From the IMG/VR virus record IMGVR_UViG_3300029935_000001, positions 265,867 to 323,407 of that record: 57,541 bases of DNA; one strand, given 5' to 3'. The first letter of the stretch is position 1. Every line of letters starts with the position of its first letter. The DNA comes from a virus. Its lineage: Duplodnaviria; Heunggongvirae; Uroviricota; Caudoviricetes. The notes beneath the pieces were generated by a model, which saw only the letters and a program-made list of their open reading frames with translations, had not been told where the DNA came from and did no database searches. Positions 9,340 through 19,772 of this stretch are shown here, piece after piece. The translations under genes and the position numbers were made by a program.

Positions 9340-9756
9340 GTGGCCTACATGTCCCAAGAGCACAAAGCAAAGCTGGCACCGTCGATCAAGGCTGTGTTGA
9401 AGAAATACGGCGTAACCGGTTCGCTCAGCGTTCGCAATCACTCCACCCTGGTGCTGACCATCAAGGGCGGCAAGCTGGACTTCATCGGCAACTACAATGC
9501 TCGTGCCAAGGCCGAAGATCCGTGCGGTACGCGTGGTCTCCGTCAAATCACCGACTCGTACATGGACGTCAACGTGTATTGGACGGACACCAGCTACACC
9601 GGCAAGGTCAAAAAGTTTTTCGCCGAAGTGATTCAGGCCATGAAAGGCCCGGACTTTTTCGATGACTCGGACATTCAGAGTGACTACTTTTCGGTATCGC
9701 ACTACATCGATATTAACGTGGGGAAGTGGAACAAGCCCTACGTGCTGGTTGCTTGA
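9340..9756 (+). CDS. hypothetical phage protein
   Basis: 138-aa ORF with GGAG RBS after the promoter; strongly C-ending codon bias. Confidence 0.8.
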   Translation: MAYMSQEHKAKLAPSIKAVLKKYGVTGSLSVRNHSTLVLTIKGGKLDFIGNYNARAKAEDPCGTRGLRQITDSYMDVNVYWTDTSYTGKVKKFFAEVIQAMKGPDFFDDSDIQSDYFSVSHYIDINVGKWNKPYVLVA

Positions 9757-9769
9757 GCGGAGACAGATT

Positions 9770-9943
9770 ATGCGCGACGACTTCAAAAAATACGTGGGCG
9801 GCAACAAGAAAAACAATGGCCTCTTTGCTTACTTCGAAGATGGGCGAATGCTTATTGGCTGGAACCACGTGCCTATGACCAAGCTCGAACGCAAGCGCTT
9901 TTTCAACTCGAGGCACTTGCAGAAAGGCAGGAAAATTCATTGA
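9770..9943 (+). CDS. small hypothetical protein
   Basis: GGAG RBS, ATG 9770. Confidence 0.55.
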   Translation: MRDDFKKYVGGNKKNNGLFAYFEDGRMLIGWNHVPMTKLERKRFFNSRHLQKGRKIH

Positions 9944-10326
9944 TGGCATTACTGCGCCGAGTCCGCAGACTGTTTGGTAGGAAGAAGCCGCAGGAGATCT
10001 CAAAGATTTGGCCTGCGGCTACTTTTATTCGGCACTACTACCACGGGTATCTCAACGTCGTGATAGTCAACGCCCAGGAAGTGTTGTGGACAGTTGCCCC
10101 TGAGATCACAGATCGGCTATACTCCGACATTGCGCAGATGGGCCGCGAAGACCCGACTTTAACCCATTGTGTTCATCGGATTTCAATCCTCAACGGCGAG
10201 TGGCAGTTTGACGAGTTCGGTGGCGGTGACTACCCTGTCCTTGCTACTGACTCCGACGCTACTGCTGCCTACTTTATGCTAAAATACGGACAAGCCTGGA
10301 TTAAAAATGAGCCAACCAGCAACTGA
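9940..10326 (+). CDS. hypothetical protein
   Basis: Coupled ORF. Confidence 0.65.
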   Translation: MMALLRRVRRLFGRKKPQEISKIWPAATFIRHYYHGYLNVVIVNAQEVLWTVAPEITDRLYSDIAQMGREDPTLTHCVHRISILNGEWQFDEFGGGDYPVLATDSDATAAYFMLKYGQAWIKNEPTSN

Positions 10327-10600
10327 AGAACAAATGGTCAATGACCTTTTCTACTGGCTTACTGTTGAGGCCGGCGAAGCAGCGTACCCGTTCTTCTCGA
10401 GCCCGCGCGAATCGTTGATTAATTACCACCACACACTTGGACAGTCGATCCGCAACCAGTACCGACTATGGGAGCGCGAGTGGGAGCCCGACCTTCGTGA
10501 TGACGTAGACTATTCACCTGACCACCCCGACGCAGTAAGCCAGCGAGTGATCGAAAAAACATGGGAAAAAATTCAAGTATGGCAAAAACTTCGAAACTGA
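10307..10600 (+). CDS. hypothetical phage protein
   Basis: YHHTLGQSIRNQYRLW...HPDAVS. Confidence 0.65.
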   Translation: MSQPATEEQMVNDLFYWLTVEAGEAAYPFFSSPRESLINYHHTLGQSIRNQYRLWEREWEPDLRDDVDYSPDHPDAVSQRVIEKTWEKIQVWQKLRN

Positions 10601-11163
10601 TTGTAAGCGATTGCGACAATGTCTTGCTGGACTGGGAGTATGCCTTTGATTGCTACGCTAACAGCCACGGCTTTTACCGCGATCCAACTGTAAAGCCCAC
10701 GTTTGAGCTTGCGCCGATGTATCGTTTGCAGAACGAGCATTGCTACCAGCTAGCTAAGCAGTTCAACGAAAGCGCTGCCATTGGGTTCTTGCCAGCAGTG
10801 CGTGATGCTTACCAGTGGGTCCGAAAGCTGGGCGAGGAAGGATGGCGTTTTCATGTGGTGTCGTCGGCCTCAAGTGACCCTTGCGTGAAGGAGCTCCGGG
10901 TCCGAAATCTCGAAAAACTCTTCGGGCCCATCTTTGAGCACGTTGAATGCCTGCCGATCGGCGCGTCCAAGCGTGCGTACCTCGAGCAGAACTTTAGTGG
11001 CTCTGGTCTCTTCTGGATTGAGGACAACGCACAGAACGCCACTGACGGACTCGAAGTGGGACTAACCCCACTACTGATGGCTCACGGGTATAGTCGTGAT
11101 TACGCGGGGCCTATCCCCCGCGTAATGAATTGGGAAGAAATCTATAATATCGTCACTCGATAG
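10579..11163 (+). CDS. HAD-superfamily 5'(3')-deoxyribonucleotidase-like protein
   Basis: SDCDNVLLDW (DxD) motif I; IEDN motif IV. Confidence 0.8.
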   Translation: MAKTSKLIVSDCDNVLLDWEYAFDCYANSHGFYRDPTVKPTFELAPMYRLQNEHCYQLAKQFNESAAIGFLPAVRDAYQWVRKLGEEGWRFHVVSSASSDPCVKELRVRNLEKLFGPIFEHVECLPIGASKRAYLEQNFSGSGLFWIEDNAQNATDGLEVGLTPLLMAHGYSRDYAGPIPRVMNWEEIYNIVTR

Positions 11164-11904
11164 TTATTCTCCGTACATTTTGAGGACTTCGACTACAGCA
11201 GGGTGACGCTGCACATCTTTGAGCGAGTACTCGATGGTCGCAATACGTGACGACGGAGTTTTTTTGCAACGAGCAACAAAATCAAGTAACCCGTTATCCT
11301 TGCAAAACTTACGGTCGAGCTGGTTTAAATCGCCGGTGACAACAATCTTAGAGTTTGGTCCTATTCGAGTCAAAAGCATTTTCATTTGATTTATTGTAGA
11401 ATTTTGCGATTCGTCAAATACAATCCACGCATCAGTAAATGTTCGACCTCTCATAAATGCTAGGGGGGCTATTTCCACTATTTGTTCTTCTAGCATTCTT
11501 AGGATTTCGCGCGGCGGATAATACTCACGTAACACATCAAACAACGGCCGAGTCCACGGCTCCATTTTAGCGTTAAGATCGCCTGGCAGGAAACCGTGCT
11601 CTTCTTCTTCAACACCAACTGCAGGCCTTGTCAAGATAATACGCGAGCACTCGCCTTTGCGAAGAGCTCGTATCGCCGCTAGCATAGCAAGATACGTTTT
11701 ACCGGTACCAGCAGGTCCGTATGCTGCAACAATATTTTTCTCAGGGTTAAGCAAGTGTGAAATGTAGCGCTCTTGAGTAAGTGTTTTAGGGACTAAGTCA
11801 GCCTCAATGCTTCTACGTGATCGCGGAGCAATGTCCAGTTTGATTGTGTTTTCTACATAAACTTCTTTTTTTTGCGCTGTGGCAGCGCGTGCTTTTCGAG
11901 ACAA
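11164..11904 (-). CDS. phoH: PhoH-like ATPase
   Basis: GPAGTGKT, LTRPAV, GFLPG, PLAFMRGRT, DESQN, KMLLTRIG, TGDLNQ; CTAAATA on the minus strand at 11948-11954. Confidence 0.95.
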   Translation of the reverse strand: MSRKARAATAQKKEVYVENTIKLDIAPRSRRSIEADLVPKTLTQERYISHLLNPEKNIVAAYGPAGTGKTYLAMLAAIRALRKGECSRIILTRPAVGVEEEEHGFLPGDLNAKMEPWTRPLFDVLREYYPPREILRMLEEQIVEIAPLAFMRGRTFTDAWIVFDESQNSTINQMKMLLTRIGPNSKIVVTGDLNQLDRKFCKDNGLLDFVARCKKTPSSRIATIEYSLKDVQRHPAVVEVLKMYGE

Positions 11905-12046
11905 GAGTTTCTCCTTGTTGTTTTGACAGGAAATGTGCTGTCAAAAGTATTTAGGCTATAAAATCTCTCATTGAGTAACAGGTTTAAACGATAGAATTTT
12001 TGCTAAATATCGCATTAGATTACAAATAGTTCTTGCCTGTGCATGG

Positions 12047-12053
12047 CTAAATA
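12047..12053 (+). promoter_or_regulatory. late-type promoter
   Basis: CTAAATA 8 nt before ATG 12062. Confidence 0.6.
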
Positions 12054-12061
12054 GTATTACT

Positions 12062-12631
12062 ATGGCACAATCATTTTTCGACGAAGAATTTAACTACTGG
12101 GGCGTAGCCAAAACTGTCAAAGACATTTACATGTCAGACGGCGCTATGAACTCGCTACTCGACTTTGAGCGCGTGCTCGACGAGCTCGATCTCTACGCGT
12201 TCCCAAATTGGGAACTTGGTGAGTTGGTTGCAGGACCCGACGTTGGTCGGTATCGCGTTAGTTGCATTTTTATGTGGCCGCTGGAGCTAATGCCCGATCC
12301 TCGCGGCGGCAAGCGTTTGTTGCCGTTTGATTGCGACGTGCGTTATAAGAAAACCACTATCAAAGTACCGGTGAAAATCAAAACACCCGATGATTATCAA
12401 CCCGGCACACGGCTTGCTCGCGTTATTGAAAAAGAAGTTTGGTTTGTTGAGATTGACATGCCTAAGGCGTTAATGTCAGACATCAGCACAGGCGCAATCG
12501 AAATTGAAGGCGAAACCATAGACCTAGCCGACCTCGACGCTGCTTACGAAGAAGACTTAGATCAGCAAGAGTTTAAACAAGGATCACCAAATAATGACCA
12601 ACCACAGTCAGCACCACTCCCAGGCCTCTAA
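12062..12631 (+). CDS. hypothetical phage late protein
   Basis: 189-aa ORF after the late promoter. Confidence 0.75.
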   Translation: MAQSFFDEEFNYWGVAKTVKDIYMSDGAMNSLLDFERVLDELDLYAFPNWELGELVAGPDVGRYRVSCIFMWPLELMPDPRGGKRLLPFDCDVRYKKTTIKVPVKIKTPDDYQPGTRLARVIEKEVWFVEIDMPKALMSDISTGAIEIEGETIDLADLDAAYEEDLDQQEFKQGSPNNDQPQSAPLPGL

Positions 12632-13160
12632 GTTTTTAACTGAAGGGCTACGGTATAAAGATTTAGTTGGCCTAGTAAAGCCAGAAATCCATGTCGATGA
12701 ATTTGCGTCTAAAATGGGCGACGATGATGATATTGTTGTGCTATCGTTTTATGTCCGCGACCAGCGTGCAGCAGCCGATCTAGTTAACTGGTTTGAAAAA
12801 GGTTATGAATTTGTAATAGACGCAGATCGCTCGCCAGGTGAATTAAAACCAAACCGGTATCTGGTATACGTCGAAATGAAACGTAGATCTAACGTCGTGA
12901 AACACTTACACGAAATGCTCGAAGACATGTCCAACGTCACTGAGTTTGAACCCTCTCAGTGGGCAGTGCGGTACAAAGACCAAGTAGTTCAGTTTGACGT
13001 AGCTACGTTAGAATCAATCATACCACTTAGTCCTAAGGAATACCGAGCAAACAGCGACGTTGGCCTAAACGAATTTCGAAATTTAGCAGGTCTAAAACAT
13101 CGCGCTATTTTCGAAAAAGATGAATTTATGCTAGCATTGCAGCGTCAAGCAGGTATGTAA
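12594..13160 (+). CDS. hypothetical phage late protein
   Basis: 188-aa ORF; KFLTE near the N-terminus. Confidence 0.75.
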   Translation: MTNHSQHHSQASKFLTEGLRYKDLVGLVKPEIHVDEFASKMGDDDDIVVLSFYVRDQRAAADLVNWFEKGYEFVIDADRSPGELKPNRYLVYVEMKRRSNVVKHLHEMLEDMSNVTEFEPSQWAVRYKDQVVQFDVATLESIIPLSPKEYRANSDVGLNEFRNLAGLKHRAIFEKDEFMLALQRQAGM

Positions 13161-13171
13161 GGAAGGAGAAT

Positions 13172-13639
13172 ATGATGCAACTTTCGAAGAACTTTTGGCT
13201 GTCTGAGTTCACTAAAAGTCAAACTGCTACTCGCCTCGGGTTAATTAACATACCAAACTCGGCCGAAATAGCAGCCTTAAGACAACTATCGGAACGGGTA
13301 CTGCAACCAATACGCGACCATTTTGGCAAGCCAGTGGTAATTAATAGCGGTTACCGAAGCGCAGTAGTGAATCAACGCATCGGCGGCGCAGCATCTAGTC
13401 AACACACCCGCGGCGAAGCCGCTGACATTGAGATACCTGGTATCTCAAACTTCGAATTGGCAGATTGGATACGCAAAAATATAGAATTCGATCAGTTAAT
13501 TCTCGAAGGATACAACCCCGCGGCGGGACCAAGTTCTGGGTGGGTTCACGTTAGCTACAACAATGCACCTAGAAAGTCCGTTTTAACAGCAACCTTTCAA
13601 AACGGACGAGCAAGTTATACTGGTGGGTTAAATGTTTAA
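13172..13639 (+). CDS. endolysin, peptidase M15 family
   Basis: SGYRS, SQHTRGEAADI, WVHVS zinc-peptidase motifs. Confidence 0.9.
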   Translation: MMQLSKNFWLSEFTKSQTATRLGLINIPNSAEIAALRQLSERVLQPIRDHFGKPVVINSGYRSAVVNQRIGGAASSQHTRGEAADIEIPGISNFELADWIRKNIEFDQLILEGYNPAAGPSSGWVHVSYNNAPRKSVLTATFQNGRASYTGGLNV

Positions 13640-14126
13640 AAAATACTTACTGGCTGCAAAAATAGGCGCTGCTGCAATCTGTCTGCTACTAATAATAGCA
13701 GCAGCATGGTATGTAGACTATCTAAGGCGCGAGTTACACACTGCCCAAGAATCAGTTCGGAATTTAACTACTGCAGTCGAGATCCAACAAAAAACTATTA
13801 AAGCAATGCAAACCGACATTGCTGCAATTAACGAAGCCGGGCGCGCAGTAAATACTGTAGTATCTCGGGCCCAACAAGAAATCACAGACCTCCGCAATCG
13901 GTTCAATACCACTTCCGGTGGCACTGCGCGAGACATAGGGCGTCTTGCAATCAAAAAACCTCAGTTAATCGAAAACGCAGTAAATCGCGGTTCACTTCAA
14001 GCTACACGATGTATGGAAATTGCGTCAGGCGCTGCGTTAACCAGTGCTGAATTGTCTGCTACAAAACCATCTGAGATTAACTCTCTTTGCCCTGGCTTAG
14101 CGAATCCAAATTATGTCGCCCGTTAA
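13632..14126 (+). CDS. i-spanin (Rz-like)
   Basis: N-terminal transmembrane helix then coiled coil; follows the endolysin. Confidence 0.7.
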   Translation: MFKKYLLAAKIGAAAICLLLIIAAAWYVDYLRRELHTAQESVRNLTTAVEIQQKTIKAMQTDIAAINEAGRAVNTVVSRAQQEITDLRNRFNTTSGGTARDIGRLAIKKPQLIENAVNRGSLQATRCMEIASGAALTSAELSATKPSEINSLCPGLANPNYVAR

Positions 14127-14469
14127 AATCCTCCTTGTTGCTCTAGCCACTGTGACACTCACTGGTTGTCAACTTTTTTCTAAAAAACCAATTGAGATTA
14201 AGGCCGACTCGGTTGCCCGTGTTCCGCTGAACTTAGCGCTGCCAACTCCGCTTGTTTTAAACAAGCCGCAGTGGGTTGTTATCACGCCCGACAATGCTAA
14301 CGAAGTGTGGCAGCGCTTAGAAAAGCAACGAACCGATCTAGTATTGTTTGCGCTAACCGATCACGGGTACGAACAACTAGCGTTAGATTTTGCCCAAATC
14401 CGGTTGCTAGTAGAACAGCAACGTGCTATTATATTACAGTATCAAAAATACTACGAACAGTCAAAATAA
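14113..14469 (+). CDS. o-spanin lipoprotein (Rz1-like)
   Basis: Lipobox LTGC at residue 19, Pro-rich; overlaps the i-spanin end. Confidence 0.75.
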   Translation: MSPVKILLVALATVTLTGCQLFSKKPIEIKADSVARVPLNLALPTPLVLNKPQWVVITPDNANEVWQRLEKQRTDLVLFALTDHGYEQLALDFAQIRLLVEQQRAIILQYQKYYEQSK

Positions 14470-14504
14470 GGTATTTGGGTAAATAGTTATAAAGGAACAT
14501 AACT

Positions 14505-14783
14505 ATGCCTAATTCACTTTCGGACAGTTGGATGCAATCTCGTTGGCGGCCGATGATGGGCTTTACCTACATGATTATTTGTATCTTCGATTTTATTGTT
14601 GCTCCTGTATTGTGGAGTTTGGTCCAGGCTTTGCAAGCTGGTAACGTAACACTACAATGGAACCCATTAACTCTCATTGCTGGCGGCTTTTTTCACATAG
14701 CAATGGGGGCCGTGTTAGGTGTTGCTGCGTTCACCCGCGGACAAGAAAAAGTAGCTTCACTGTCCGCGCCAGATAATCGTTAA
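14505..14783 (+). CDS. putative holin
   Basis: 92 aa with 2-3 transmembrane segments, WRP motif, within the lysis cassette; GTAAATA at 14479. Confidence 0.6.
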   Translation: MPNSLSDSWMQSRWRPMMGFTYMIICIFDFIVAPVLWSLVQALQAGNVTLQWNPLTLIAGGFFHIAMGAVLGVAAFTRGQEKVASLSAPDNR

Positions 14784-14810
14784 GCCCTCAGGGATTAACT
14801 AAGTAGTAGT

Positions 14811-15518
14811 ATGATTGATTCATACTACAGAACATTGGGGTTGCCGCCTGGTGTAGGCGAAGCTGAAATTCGAAGTGCGTATAGGCGCTTAGCTATGAAG
14901 CTGCATCCAGACCGCGGCGGCAACCCGGTCGACTTTCAACATCTTAACGAAGCTTACTCAAAGCTAATTTCGTGGACGCAAACACATCGTAGACCTGCGC
15001 CTGTGTTTGCGTCTGTGACTGTAACACTAGAACAGCTTGCTAGCGGCGAAGATAAAGTGATTGTTGTTGCGCCAACAGGAAAGCCAATTTGGGTCACAGT
15101 AACACTAAGGCCTGACATTTCGCACGGACAAGAACTGCGATTTTCTAACGTCAGCGGCCTCGATAGTGACTTGTATGTCACTGTCAAAATAGCCGATCAT
15201 CCACAGTTTAAAAAATTAGCCTTAGATTTGTATACCACAGTCGAGGTGCCAATTTTAGAGCTGTTAGTGGGCACTCGGGTTACAGTCACGACATTGTATA
15301 ACAAAACCGTTGAGTTAGAAATACCTGAGCTGAGCACTCACAATCAACTTTTCCGAGTCGCAGGGCACGGCATGGCCACGTCGTCGCACTGCGGCGACTT
15401 GTTTGTTCGGCTATTGCCGATTTTACCTAAATCTATCTCACCTGCTCTCAAAGCTGCTATACTACAAGAACTAAACGCCTTAAAGGAACCTCAGAATGCA
15501 ATCCAATCCAGAACTTGA
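14811..15518 (+). CDS. DnaJ/CbpA-like co-chaperone
   Basis: J domain with HPD (LHPDRGG) plus DnaJ C-terminal domain, no Zn finger. Confidence 0.85.
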   Translation: MIDSYYRTLGLPPGVGEAEIRSAYRRLAMKLHPDRGGNPVDFQHLNEAYSKLISWTQTHRRPAPVFASVTVTLEQLASGEDKVIVVAPTGKPIWVTVTLRPDISHGQELRFSNVSGLDSDLYVTVKIADHPQFKKLALDLYTTVEVPILELLVGTRVTVTTLYNKTVELEIPELSTHNQLFRVAGHGMATSSHCGDLFVRLLPILPKSISPALKAAILQELNALKEPQNAIQSRT

Positions 15519-17733
15519 GCATCTAATTGACTCGGCTATCAACACAGCAAAAAAGTTCAACCATGAGTATGTGACTGTCGAGCATTTGTTCTTAGCATTG
15601 GTCCGGCATGCTCCGTTTCGTGACTTGCTCAAAAAAGCCAACATCAATGCCGACGTTGTTGAGCACGAAACTACAGCGTATATTAGCTCGCTGAAGTCGC
15701 TCGAAACACCGGTCGAAGTTCCACAAAAGAGAACCGCAGCGCTCGAGCGCGTATTGAACCGAACATTTACTCAAGCCTTGCTAACTGGACGAAAATATGT
15801 AACCGTTGCTGATTTGTGTCTGGCTATGTTTGCTGAAACAACCAGTCACGCACAGTATTTTATGACCAAGCACGGTCTTACTCCAGCTAGTTTAGTTGAT
15901 TTGTATAACAAGCATTATAACAACAAGGCTAGTGAAATGACCAGCGATCAGGCATCTGACGTTCTTTCGCAATATTGCGTGAATATGACCGAACAAGCAG
16001 CCAGCGGCGTATATGAACCGCTTATTGGCCGAGTAACTGAGCTTGAGGAAATGATTAATGTTCTTGCTAAGCGGTTCAAGAGCAACGTACTAATGGTCGG
16101 CGATCCGGGCACTGGCAAAACCGCTATTGTTGAGGGACTAGCACAACGTCTGGTTGCAGGCGAAGTGCCAGCTTTCCTCGCTGGTCACGAGTTGTGGTCA
16201 GTCGAGGTTGGTAGTTTGCTAGCAGGGTCTAAGTATCGCGGCGACTTTGAGGAAAAACTCAAAAACATTATTGCAGCACTTAGCGCTAAGAAAAATGCAA
16301 TTCTATTTATTGACGAAGCCCACACTATGCGAGGTGCTGGATCAAACGGCGGATCGGGCCTTGACTTTGCTAATATGGTCAAGCCTGCGATTACAAACGG
16401 GCAATTAAAGGTAATCGCAAATACCACGTGGGAAGAGTATTACGAAAGCTTTGAAAAAGATCGCGCACTTATGCGGCGTTTCTACCGTGTTGTCATTGAC
16501 GAGCCGTCGTCGGAAACTACTGTAGAAATTCTTCAAGGCCTTCGGCCTCGGTTAAATGAGTTTCACCGTGTTGTAATCACCGACGACGCGATTGAGGCTG
16601 CAGTTAAATTAGCATCCCGCTATATCAATGATCGCAAAAACCCAGATAAAAGTATCGACCTTATCGACGCTGCAGCAGCGCGCGCTCGAGCTCAAGATGC
16701 TGTAGGCGCAGTGATCGGAAAAGACGAAATCCAAGCGCAAGTAGCCCGACTGGTGCAAATTCCCGAAGACCACCTCAAGAGCGAGCGCACAAGCATGGTT
16801 GCAATGCTCGACCAAAATATCAAGACTTACCTTTTTGGGCAAGACTCTGTAGTAGACGAAGTTCTTGAACACGTTTATGTAGGGTATTCTGGCATTGGTA
16901 ATCCTAACAAGCCAATTGGCAGCTTTTTGTTCCTTGGGCCAACAGGCTCAGGCAAGACTGAATTTGCAAAACTGCTGTCCCAAAACCTCGACATGAAGCT
17001 CTTGCGTTATGACATGGGCGAGTTTCAAGAAAAACACTCAGTTGCGTCGTTTATTGGAGCGCCTCCTGGATATGTTGGGTTCGAAGACGGCAATTTATCC
17101 GGCGGTCGCCTAATCTCAGACGTGTCCAAGCACCCGTACTCGGTCATTTTGTTTGACGAAGTTGAAAAAGCGCACCCCGACATCTTCAACGTGCTACTGC
17201 AACTACTCGACGAAGGGCGCGCTACTTCGACTAATGGCAAAGAGATTAACGCAAGAAACTGCATTATTATTCTAACGTCTAACCTTGGAGCACAGGCCAA
17301 TGATTCCAATGCCATTGGGTTTGGGCGTGACTTGCAAAAAACCGGCGAGGATGATCGGGCAGTAAAAGAATTCTTCAAGCCTGAGTTCCGCAATCGACTG
17401 TCTGCCATTTGTAAATTCAACCGACTCGACACACACTCGATCAACTTGGTGGTATTGAAGTTTATCAACGAACTTCGTCAAACCCTCAAAGACAAAGCTA
17501 TCAACTTCCAAATCACCGACGCCGCAGTCGAGTACCTGGCTAGCAAGGGGTTTGATTCTAAGCTTGGCGCTAGACCTATTGCTCGAGTCATTGACAAAGA
17601 AATTCGCGTGCAACTTTCGAAGAAAATCTTGTTTGAAGGACTACACGATTGCACAGTAACCTGCGATATTTCTGGCAACGAACTGGCGTTTGAAATAGCG
17701 CCATGCGAGCAAAATGAATCCATTGTTGCGTAG
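15496..17733 (+). CDS. clpA: ClpA-type AAA+ unfoldase
   Basis: Clp N domain; [16 protein letters not shown] and [19 protein letters not shown]; IGF loop; no ClpB M-domain. Confidence 0.9.
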   Translation: MQSNPELEHLIDSAINTAKKFNHEYVTVEHLFLALVRHAPFRDLLKKANINADVVEHETTAYISSLKSLETPVEVPQKRTAALERVLNRTFTQALLTGRKYVTVADLCLAMFAETTSHAQYFMTKHGLTPASLVDLYNKHYNNKASEMTSDQASDVLSQYCVNMTEQAASGVYEPLIGRVTELEEMINVLAKRFKSNVLMVGDPGTGKTAIVEGLAQRLVAGEVPAFLAGHELWSVEVGSLLAGSKYRGDFEEKLKNIIAALSAKKNAILFIDEAHTMRGAGSNGGSGLDFANMVKPAITNGQLKVIANTTWEEYYESFEKDRALMRRFYRVVIDEPSSETTVEILQGLRPRLNEFHRVVITDDAIEAAVKLASRYINDRKNPDKSIDLIDAAAARARAQDAVGAVIGKDEIQAQVARLVQIPEDHLKSERTSMVAMLDQNIKTYLFGQDSVVDEVLEHVYVGYSGIGNPNKPIGSFLFLGPTGSGKTEFAKLLSQNLDMKLLRYDMGEFQEKHSVASFIGAPPGYVGFEDGNLSGGRLISDVSKHPYSVILFDEVEKAHPDIFNVLLQLLDEGRATSTNGKEINARNCIIILTSNLGAQANDSNAIGFGRDLQKTGEDDRAVKEFFKPEFRNRLSAICKFNRLDTHSINLVVLKFINELRQTLKDKAINFQITDAAVEYLASKGFDSKLGARPIARVIDKEIRVQLSKKILFEGLHDCTVTCDISGNELAFEIAPCEQNESIVA

Positions 17734-18529
17734 TTTGATTGCTGCTGGTCAGCCCATACGAATTTGTAATACAAAGCCTCGGGCTTTGTATTACAATAAG
17801 TACCTGCATAGTGTAAATTGGACTATTCCATACTCATATTGTCTAAGAATATGCATGAACGAAAAAGGCCTGCCGCCTACCAGACACACAGATTATCTTG
17901 AGGCTCAAGAAAATACAGTCCGACGAATAATTGAGCGAGAGCAGACCGAAAGCTATAAGCCAGCATGGTCTTTGCTCAACGAAAAATGGATTAAGCATTG
18001 GATTCGTAACGGGTATTCGCCTGCAGCAATTGCCGCTGGGTTTGCCGACTTGAAAATCATCCACGAAGCAGCGTTCCATGCTTTGGTTAAACTAAAAGCC
18101 AATGGAGCAAGAATATCTACTTCGTACCGAAACATAGTTGTATACTGCAACAACTTAGACTGGTTGAGCTCGGTTAAATTTGCAGAATATACGCCAGCAG
18201 TAATTAACTCGGTCACCAACGTGCTTCCTAGCGGAACTTTATTTGTAAAATCTAGCAAACACAAATACCGGGCATATCTTCGCGAAGTTCGCAAGTTAAC
18301 GGTCGAACATGCAACAACATTGTTGATGTTGCTCGAAACCAACTCAAACCTCAGTCCTAGTAATGCGTTGGTATGGGCTCTAAAAAATCAAATCCGCAGC
18401 GATTCTCGTAAGTATTGGATTAAGACATATTATTACATTGATTACGACACCGACAGCGACTTAGGGTTTATTTTGCTTAGCTATCCGCAGGTTTTTCGGG
18501 CTGTTGTTGAGCTAGTAAACAAAGTATAA
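17714..18529 (+). CDS. hypothetical protein
   Basis: 271-aa ORF. Confidence 0.65.
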   Translation: MNPLLRSLIAAGQPIRICNTKPRALYYNKYLHSVNWTIPYSYCLRICMNEKGLPPTRHTDYLEAQENTVRRIIEREQTESYKPAWSLLNEKWIKHWIRNGYSPAAIAAGFADLKIIHEAAFHALVKLKANGARISTSYRNIVVYCNNLDWLSSVKFAEYTPAVINSVTNVLPSGTLFVKSSKHKYRAYLREVRKLTVEHATTLLMLLETNSNLSPSNALVWALKNQIRSDSRKYWIKTYYYIDYDTDSDLGFILLSYPQVFRAVVELVNKV

Positions 18530-18532
18530 ATA
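18525..18532 (+). promoter_or_regulatory. T4-late-type promoter
   Basis: TATAAATA 7 nt before ATG 18540. Confidence 0.7.
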
Positions 18533-18539
18533 GTAGACT

Positions 18540-18716
18540 ATGGCTAAACTAATTCAAACTAACATTGCAGTTACTCTTTCCCGACTGGTGCGCACTGCAG
18601 ACCCAGATCACCCTATTTTAACCGACGAGTTAAAGGATGCGCTCGCTGAAGTCATTCAACAACTTGCTGGCAGCGACGTATTAGTTGAAGTTGAGATCAC
18701 CGATGAGCTTCCATAA
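18540..18716 (+). CDS. small late protein (58 aa, not in track)
   Basis: MAKLIQTNIAVTLSRLV...VEVEITDELP. Confidence 0.65.
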   Translation: MAKLIQTNIAVTLSRLVRTADPDHPILTDELKDALAEVIQQLAGSDVLVEVEITDELP

Positions 18717-19053
18717 TGCTGTTCTAATTCCTGCGCTTTCGCAAGGAACGCAAACCGCTGGTTATTTAGGCGGCGGTACATATGTTGGTGTCCCACAACC
18801 GGCTGCTTCGTTATACAGCCGTGTTGGCAGCAAGCAGTCGATATTATATTCCCTTAGTGGGTTTGTTGGAACCATCGAAATTCAAACTACGTTGTTAACC
18901 AACCCATCCGAGCAGGATTGGACTGTTGTGGCTAGATTAACAGAACCTGACGCTAATTCTGTTGCGGTTATTGACGGAAATTACACATATATTCGCGCGG
19001 TAGTGACCGATTTCGTTGCAGGTACAATCAATAATGTAAGGGTAGTGTTTTAA
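18703..19053 (+). CDS. beta-rich late protein, possibly structural
   Basis: Alternating beta pattern (FVGTIEIQTTL, YTYIRAVV). Confidence 0.6.
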   Translation: MSFHNAVLIPALSQGTQTAGYLGGGTYVGVPQPAASLYSRVGSKQSILYSLSGFVGTIEIQTTLLTNPSEQDWTVVARLTEPDANSVAVIDGNYTYIRAVVTDFVAGTINNVRVVF

Positions 19054-19055
19054 CT

Positions 19056-19772
19056 ATGAAAACCATTGCAATATACCCTGGGCGCTTTCATCCGTTTCAC
19101 CGCGGACACTATGCCACTTACGAATACCTAGTTCGCAGTTACGGTAAGGAAAATGTGTTTGTAGCTAGCACCAATACTCAAGCACCATTAACTTCGCCGT
19201 TTTCGTTTGAAGAAAAAAAGCAAATGATGGTTGCATTGGGCATTCCTGCAAATCGAATAGTTCAGGTTAAAAATCCGTACAAAGCCGACGAAATTACACA
19301 GCAATTTGACAAGAATGATACTGCAGTGGTGTTTGCTTTATCAGAAAAAGACACAGCGCGATTTTCTTATACTAAAAAAGATGGGTCGCCATCATATATG
19401 CAACCATTTTCAGATAAGATACAATTGCAACCGTACTCACAGCACGCATATGTTGAAATAGCGCCAACTGTAAACTTCTCAGTCGGCGGCCAAAGTGTTA
19501 TGTCAGCAAGTGCGATTCGGAGTTTATATATTGGCGCAACCGATGAACTTAGAGAAAAAATCATTGCCGATTTATATGGCGCTTACCTTCCAAAGATCAA
19601 GCAGCTTTTTGATCGTAAGCTAGCGCTTGTTGAAGCAGCAAATACGCTATTACTAGCGTACAAACAACAACTGTTTGAATCTAAGTCAGCGCCAATAACA
19701 CGGCTAGTTGGAATCTTAGACGCAGAAAAGCGTGCAACAGCAGAATTTAACCTACAAAATTATATAATCTAA
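19056..19772 (+). CDS. cytidyltransferase-like (HIGH) nucleotidyltransferase
   Basis: YPGRFHPFHRGH, PFSFEEK, SASAIR. Confidence 0.8.
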   Translation: MKTIAIYPGRFHPFHRGHYATYEYLVRSYGKENVFVASTNTQAPLTSPFSFEEKKQMMVALGIPANRIVQVKNPYKADEITQQFDKNDTAVVFALSEKDTARFSYTKKDGSPSYMQPFSDKIQLQPYSQHAYVEIAPTVNFSVGGQSVMSASAIRSLYIGATDELREKIIADLYGAYLPKIKQLFDRKLALVEAANTLLLAYKQQLFESKSAPITRLVGILDAEKRATAEFNLQNYII

